In this document: one piece after another, positions 59,591 to 64,000 of the stretch
Layout of the letters: every line of letters begins with the position of its first letter
How positions within the stretch are numbered: the stretch's first letter is position 1
Assembly: GCA_016214655.1 (NCBI GenBank)
Contig: JACROC010000005.1
Span: 195,078 to 259,077, forward strand
DNA length: 64,000 bases
Source of the DNA: Candidatus Harrisonbacteria bacterium
Lineage (GTDB): Bacteria; Patescibacteriota; Minisyncoccia; UBA6257; 02-FULL-45-10c
Reading direction: 5' to 3'
Translations under genes and position numbers: made by a program
Notes under the pieces: generated by a model
Database searches by the model: none
What the model was told of the DNA's origin: nothing
The model's input: the letters and a program-made list of their open reading frames with translations, nothing else

Positions 59591-59940
59591 AGACCTTTCG
59601 GTCCATAGACAACCACAATAAAAGTGGTAACTTCCTCGACGGGACTTAACAGTACCTTTTGTACAAATGCAGCGATATATTGGAAGCTCACAAATTAAGA
59701 TGAGATCAAGGCGCGACGACGAAACTGTGGTTTTAACCACGTTGAGGAGGAGCAACGCAGAGATCACTTAATTTTAAGCTTCTCTACGAGCCAGAATCTT
59801 TTTTCTTCTGGCGTTGTTGCTCGTCGCTAGTGTATCTAAAGATACACTTCGCTTCTCGCGCCTAGCCAGAGAGAAAAAATCTTTCTGGCCAATAATCGTT
59901 GAATTTATATAAAAGGTACACTTGCCCGTTGTCTACGGAT
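59591..59940 (-). promoter_or_regulatory. L10 leader RNA interrupted by a repeat element
   Basis: CCGTAGACAACGGG..TTAAGTCCCGTCGAGG..GTCTATGG; promoter TTGACA-16-TATACT at 59976-59949. Confidence 0.75.
59668..59905. mobile_element. BIME/MITE-like element with two inverted palindromic units
   Basis: aaggcgcgacgacgaaactgtggttttaaccacgttgaggaggagcaacgcag (+) and a reverse unit at ~59808-59870. Confidence 0.7.
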
Positions 59941-60008
59941 TAATAACTAGTATAGCAGGCTTATAAAATATGTCAACAAAAAACCGCCCAAGGGGGCGGC
60001 TTCGCCTC

Positions 60009-61274
60009 TTAGGCGGCTGACTCTTCTTTATAAAAAACTATTTTCTTCTTCCCGCTTCCCTCCTCAAATTTTACCAAAACTACATCATTGGCTTTCACTT
60101 CGCCCCGATTCTTCAATCGGCCAAGCGGCTCCCGAATATATTTGCTGATTTTATTCCTCAAAAGCCTGGCGCCAGACTGAGGTCGGTCAGAAGCTTCATC
60201 AACAACAAATTCTTTGACTTCCTGATCAAATTTCAAGAAGACTGGAAATTTCTTAGCAACCATTTCCGCAACTACCTCTTGAATCAACCAGTCAAAAATC
60301 TGAAGCAAAATTTCACGAGACAAAGGGCGGAAAACGCTGATACGATTAAATCTCCCGAGAAACTCCGGCCGGAAAACATTATATAACTCCTCCGATGCCC
60401 TGGAGTAAATCTCCTTATCAACGGTTTCTACTCCTTCTCCGTGCTTAAATCCCATTCCCCGCCGTCCCTTCAAAATATCAGATATCTGCTTGGAACCAAC
60501 ATTAGAGGTCATCAGAATCACCGATTGATTGAAACGAGTTACGTCTCCGTTAGCTAATTTGATCGTTCCCTTATCCATTATCTCCAATAAAAGATTATGC
60601 AAAGTTTCGTAAGCCTTCTCTACTTCATCAAATAAGAGTACGGAGCGATAAATATTTTTTTCCGGATCATAAGCGTATTTTATCCTAATGCCTACTATTT
60701 CTTTGGAGATCTCCGTCGCCCGATCACCGCTCTTGCCCCGATCATCCCTATTTCTGAAGATTCCTCTGCCGTCGCCGCCAATCTTCTGCAATTCATCAAA
60801 CAAAACAGCTTCGCGTTTCTTATCATCCGTATATTTTCTGCTCTTTTTTAACCTTTCCATCCGGCTCAAATAATCGTGCCTATCGATATTCCACTGCGAT
60901 AGCTGCGGTTCGGTGCCCCGATGCATGGGGTCGCTCGGATCGTAAAAACCAACATAGCCGGGCGGAGAGCCGATTAAATCGGCAACGCGATGCGGTTCGC
61001 TATATTGAGCGCAAGCAACTTTAGTAAACGCTTTACGCGAACCAAACAAATATTCAGCCAGAACTTCCGCCATCAAGGTCTTGCCGACGCCGGAGGGTCC
61101 CAAAAATAACACTATATAAATGGGCTTTTCCGGATCTTTTAAGCCGGAATTATAAAGATCAAACATATCCACCAGATCATCAATGGTCTTATCCTGGCCC
61201 TTAATTCTTGCCCGCATGAATTCTCTTAATTTTTCCGCTTCCTCACTGAATTTATCCGGATCCAGTTTTCTCAT
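60009..61274 (-). CDS. ClpA/B-family ATPase, D2 module only
   Basis: IKGQD, FLGPSGVGKT, LIGSPPGYVG, LFDEVEKA, MTSNVG, FRPEFLGR, GARLLR. Confidence 0.88.
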   Translation of the reverse strand: MRKLDPDKFSEEAEKLREFMRARIKGQDKTIDDLVDMFDLYNSGLKDPEKPIYIVLFLGPSGVGKTLMAEVLAEYLFGSRKAFTKVACAQYSEPHRVADLIGSPPGYVGFYDPSDPMHRGTEPQLSQWNIDRHDYLSRMERLKKSRKYTDDKKREAVLFDELQKIGGDGRGIFRNRDDRGKSGDRATEISKEIVGIRIKYAYDPEKNIYRSVLLFDEVEKAYETLHNLLLEIMDKGTIKLANGDVTRFNQSVILMTSNVGSKQISDILKGRRGMGFKHGEGVETVDKEIYSRASEELYNVFRPEFLGRFNRISVFRPLSREILLQIFDWLIQEVVAEMVAKKFPVFLKFDQEVKEFVVDEASDRPQSGARLLRNKISKYIREPLGRLKNRGEVKANDVVLVKFEEGSGKKKIVFYKEESAA

Positions 61275-61376
61275 CTAAATCTCTGTATAAATTTTCAAAG
61301 TGATAACTATAATATAAATCAAAAAACCAAAGGTGGCAAACAAAAAGGGCTGCATTGCTGCAGCCCATGATAATGT

Positions 61377-63398
61377 TTATCTCCAAGGCAACTGAGTTAA
61401 TTCATCCACCTTCTTACAACGCTCAAGCACCATAGCGGTAGTCAGATTATCCGCGAAAACGAACTTCGCGTCTTCCGGAACAATATCATCGAAAAACTCG
61501 ATGGTGTCCGAAAGCAACTGACCCTGCTTATTCAGCTGGACCGAAACCTTGACCATTCCATGCTCAACCGCCTTATTGATATTATTCTCAAACTCCGTAT
61601 CTTTCAGCATCGCGGCGCTCATAACTCCCAGGATAGTCTTGCCAAAATGCGAAGTGTGGATGGAAGACGCCTCATGGAAATTAGCCACCATTACCACACA
61701 AAGCTGCTTCAAATCCCGATCCGGATAATATGCTAATGCTTTCTCGAAGAAGCTGGCTGTCTGCTGGATTCGGGCGCCCTTGTTCTGAGTATTACCCTGA
61801 CGAGGATGTTTAAGACCAATAACCGCGTCGGAAACCTTAATCGTTCGGCTCTCGCCCACCCTGATAATTTTTTCATTGATCAACTTAACCAACTCGTCAA
61901 AACGCACATCCGAAGCGCGATTCTCCGACTGCAAAAAAGCAGTCAGCAGCATCACCATTTCGGAGCGAAGTTTCAAATCAAAAATATGAAGCGCAATCGC
62001 GTCCTTAGACTTGCTGAATCGCGATTCATCATGGTTACCAACGTTATAAACGAAAGTAACCAGGCATTTCTGCAGCATCTCCTTGGTAGGAAGCTTTAAA
62101 GCAACCAGCCTTGCCCATCGGCGCCGGAAAATATCCAGCAGGATAATAGCCTGCATAATCGCAGCAGCGCTCTGATGCTTATCCGGACCATTCATCGTAG
62201 CCAGCATCTCGCCGTTATATTCGTAGTTGTGGGAAATACCCTGTTGGACATCGCCATTCAACACGATCACATCGGCATCGTCAGCCAATTCCGGCTCTTT
62301 CTTCAACACCGTGAAATAAAGCGCTTTCAGCGCGCCAACGTGCCAACAAGATTTAATAACAAACGTTAACGTCCGGGAATCTTTGGTAAACTGCTCCAAC
62401 GTCAGATTAGCCTCATTATGAAGCGACTCTCTGATCGCATAGCGATGGCCCTTTTCGTAATAAACTGCCAGCTTCTTTTTCTGAAGATCCTCGACAATTC
62501 CTTGAACCGTTTCTAATTCCCAAGGATTCCTGGCATTGCTATTCAAACGGAACTGAATAGTCTTCAAGCTAGCAGAGCTAGACTTGAGAACATCCAAAAC
62601 CTGCTTGTGTCGCCGAGACAAACCATCCGGCAAAGCCAGATTGTATTCATCGGCAAGAGCCGTCCGGAAATCATAGGTCGTAGAACGAATCCTGAATTTG
62701 TCGCCATCCTTCGTAATAGTAACAGCCACACAACCAACCATATTCTCCGTAGAAAGCTGATCATCCAGCTTATGAAGTGCCGGGACAGCAATACACGGAA
62801 CACCTTTGTAATAAGGCAAGTTAGAACCGGTACCAGTGCAGCCAACTAAGATAAGCGGCGGCTTGCCAGAACCAGTGCGCATGGCAAAACCATTCACTAA
62901 ACGCTGAAGCAATCCGGTAATATTCTCATAAAACCAAGGTTGCTTGCGCGGAACGATAACCCGCATCTCGCCGAAACCAGACAACTGGATCGGCATCTTA
63001 GTTTCCGGATTATCAGAAAGACGGATATCATCGCGCCGCTTACGGAGTTCATCCAAGATTTTATAACCGATCGGCCGGTCATAAATCTTTTCCGCTACCA
63101 CAATATGGTAATTAACGTCCTTGATCTTCGGCAAAAAGGAATCCAGAGACTCAATCATCTCCTGATAAAATTTCTGCCCCGCCTCTTCGCGCTGATTCTT
63201 TGGAACCTCGCTTAATCTAAGCTTGAGCAGCTGCTCCAGATCCTTGCCGGCGATCGTGTGACCGGCTCCAATAATGAATTTAGCGCCATGAAGATTAACA
63301 ACACCTTTTACCAGATTCATCAAATACTTGCGGCTCTTCACCGGGAAATTGATTCCCGAGATCACCACGAAAGTCACGGAACGGTTTTCCGCGGTCAT
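61377..63398 (-). CDS. Multi-domain protein with divergent calcineurin-like phosphoesterase domain(s) and a central wHTH
   Basis: SCWHVG, NGDVQQG, VGNHD, KHP, ANFH; central LSRRHKQVLDVL..; AAGGAGG RBS. Confidence 0.6.
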   Translation of the reverse strand: MTAENRSVTFVVISGINFPVKSRKYLMNLVKGVVNLHGAKFIIGAGHTIAGKDLEQLLKLRLSEVPKNQREEAGQKFYQEMIESLDSFLPKIKDVNYHIVVAEKIYDRPIGYKILDELRKRRDDIRLSDNPETKMPIQLSGFGEMRVIVPRKQPWFYENITGLLQRLVNGFAMRTGSGKPPLILVGCTGTGSNLPYYKGVPCIAVPALHKLDDQLSTENMVGCVAVTITKDGDKFRIRSTTYDFRTALADEYNLALPDGLSRRHKQVLDVLKSSSASLKTIQFRLNSNARNPWELETVQGIVEDLQKKKLAVYYEKGHRYAIRESLHNEANLTLEQFTKDSRTLTFVIKSCWHVGALKALYFTVLKKEPELADDADVIVLNGDVQQGISHNYEYNGEMLATMNGPDKHQSAAAIMQAIILLDIFRRRWARLVALKLPTKEMLQKCLVTFVYNVGNHDESRFSKSKDAIALHIFDLKLRSEMVMLLTAFLQSENRASDVRFDELVKLINEKIIRVGESRTIKVSDAVIGLKHPRQGNTQNKGARIQQTASFFEKALAYYPDRDLKQLCVVMVANFHEASSIHTSHFGKTILGVMSAAMLKDTEFENNINKAVEHGMVKVSVQLNKQGQLLSDTIEFFDDIVPEDAKFVFADNLTTAMVLERCKKVDELTQLPWR

Positions 63399-63473
63399 TT
63401 CACCCTCCTTGAATCAGTTATCGAACTGCTGATAAGAGTGTAAAATAAAAACTCCTAAAAGTCAACGTGAAAA

Positions 63474-64000
63474 TTAAGATTCCGGAACAGCGAAGGTGAA
63501 AGTACTGCCTTTGTCTAATTCCGATTCCACCCAGATAGCGCCGCCATGCGCCTCAATAAATCGCTTCACTAGATAAAGCCCCAAACCGGCGCCATCGGCA
63601 ATTTTCTTAACGGCATTTTTAGCGCGAAAAAATTTGGTAAATAATTTCGGCATATCCTCTTGAGCAACGCCAATGCCGGTGTCCTTAACGCTGAAAACCA
63701 GAACTGGTTTGCCTTCTGATTCCCCCTCCCAGATACTCACTATTACCTTGCCTTTTTCCGGCGTGTAATGAATAGCATTTCTAATTAAAATCTTGCAGAT
63801 GCGGTGAATCTTTGTAGGATCCAATAATACTTCTTTCAGCGGGGCCTTACTCCGGTCAAAGATCACAGACACCCTTTCCCGTTCAGCTTCTTTCTCCTGT
63901 TCTTTCAAAACGTCTGCAACAATTTCCCACAGCTGGCTCGGCTTTTTTTCAATCGCTAAAGTTTTTCCTTCAATGGCCAAAACGTCATAAACATCCTCAA
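63474..64000 (-). CDS. Sensor histidine kinase, C-terminal HATPase domain (5' end outside window)
   Basis: NAIHYT, VKDTGIG, FFRA..GAGLGL, HGG. Confidence 0.9.
   Translation of the reverse strand, partial: EDVYDVLAIEGKTLAIEKKPSQLWEIVADVLKEQEKEAERERVSVIFDRSKAPLKEVLLDPTKIHRICKILIRNAIHYTPEKGKVIVSIWEGESEGKPVLVFSVKDTGIGVAQEDMPKLFTKFFRAKNAVKKIADGAGLGLYLVKRFIEAHGGAIWVESELDKGSTFTFAVPES

Noticed and set aside
1-64000. CRISPR array, prophage or additional remote VRs
   Set aside because: No regularly spaced repeat-spacer units, cas, integrase or phage structural cluster. No second TR match was seen by eye, though an alignment search would be needed to exclude a diverged one.

Overview
This is a low-GC, gene-dense chromosomal window whose content and style point to a Patescibacteria/CPR (Parcubacteria-like) genome. 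That assignment is an inference from the compact AlaS/AspS, split ComEC, EF-P with an MQQRKP loop, the DUF5667-like protein and the FtsA-like/baseplate-J-like pair. Housekeeping blocks are the end of the ribosomal operon (infA-rpmJ-rpsM-rpsK), dnaG-rpoD, aspS-pyrH-ndk, secDF, hrcA-grpE-dnaK-dnaJ with a CIRCE operator, cysS-dnaB-recR, the mraZ-rsmH-ftsL-ftsI-murF dcw block and rplJL, plus four tRNAs. The main accessory element is a complete diversity-generating retroelement (DGR) at ~26984-29600, with a target gene carrying a VR, a hairpin, a TR, an antisense avd and an RT. TR and VR differ at 14 of 123 positions, all at TR adenines. A C11 tract puts an upstream ATG out of frame with avd, so it is a candidate phase-variable ON/OFF switch. 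Two large (350-450 nt) structured non-coding regions, each with its own sigma70 promoter and terminator, match no RNA I can name (7480-7927, 30752-31105). There are also smaller rod-like RNA candidates and three families of dispersed repeats. One repeat sits inside the L10 leader and several are translated in frame inside essential proteins.
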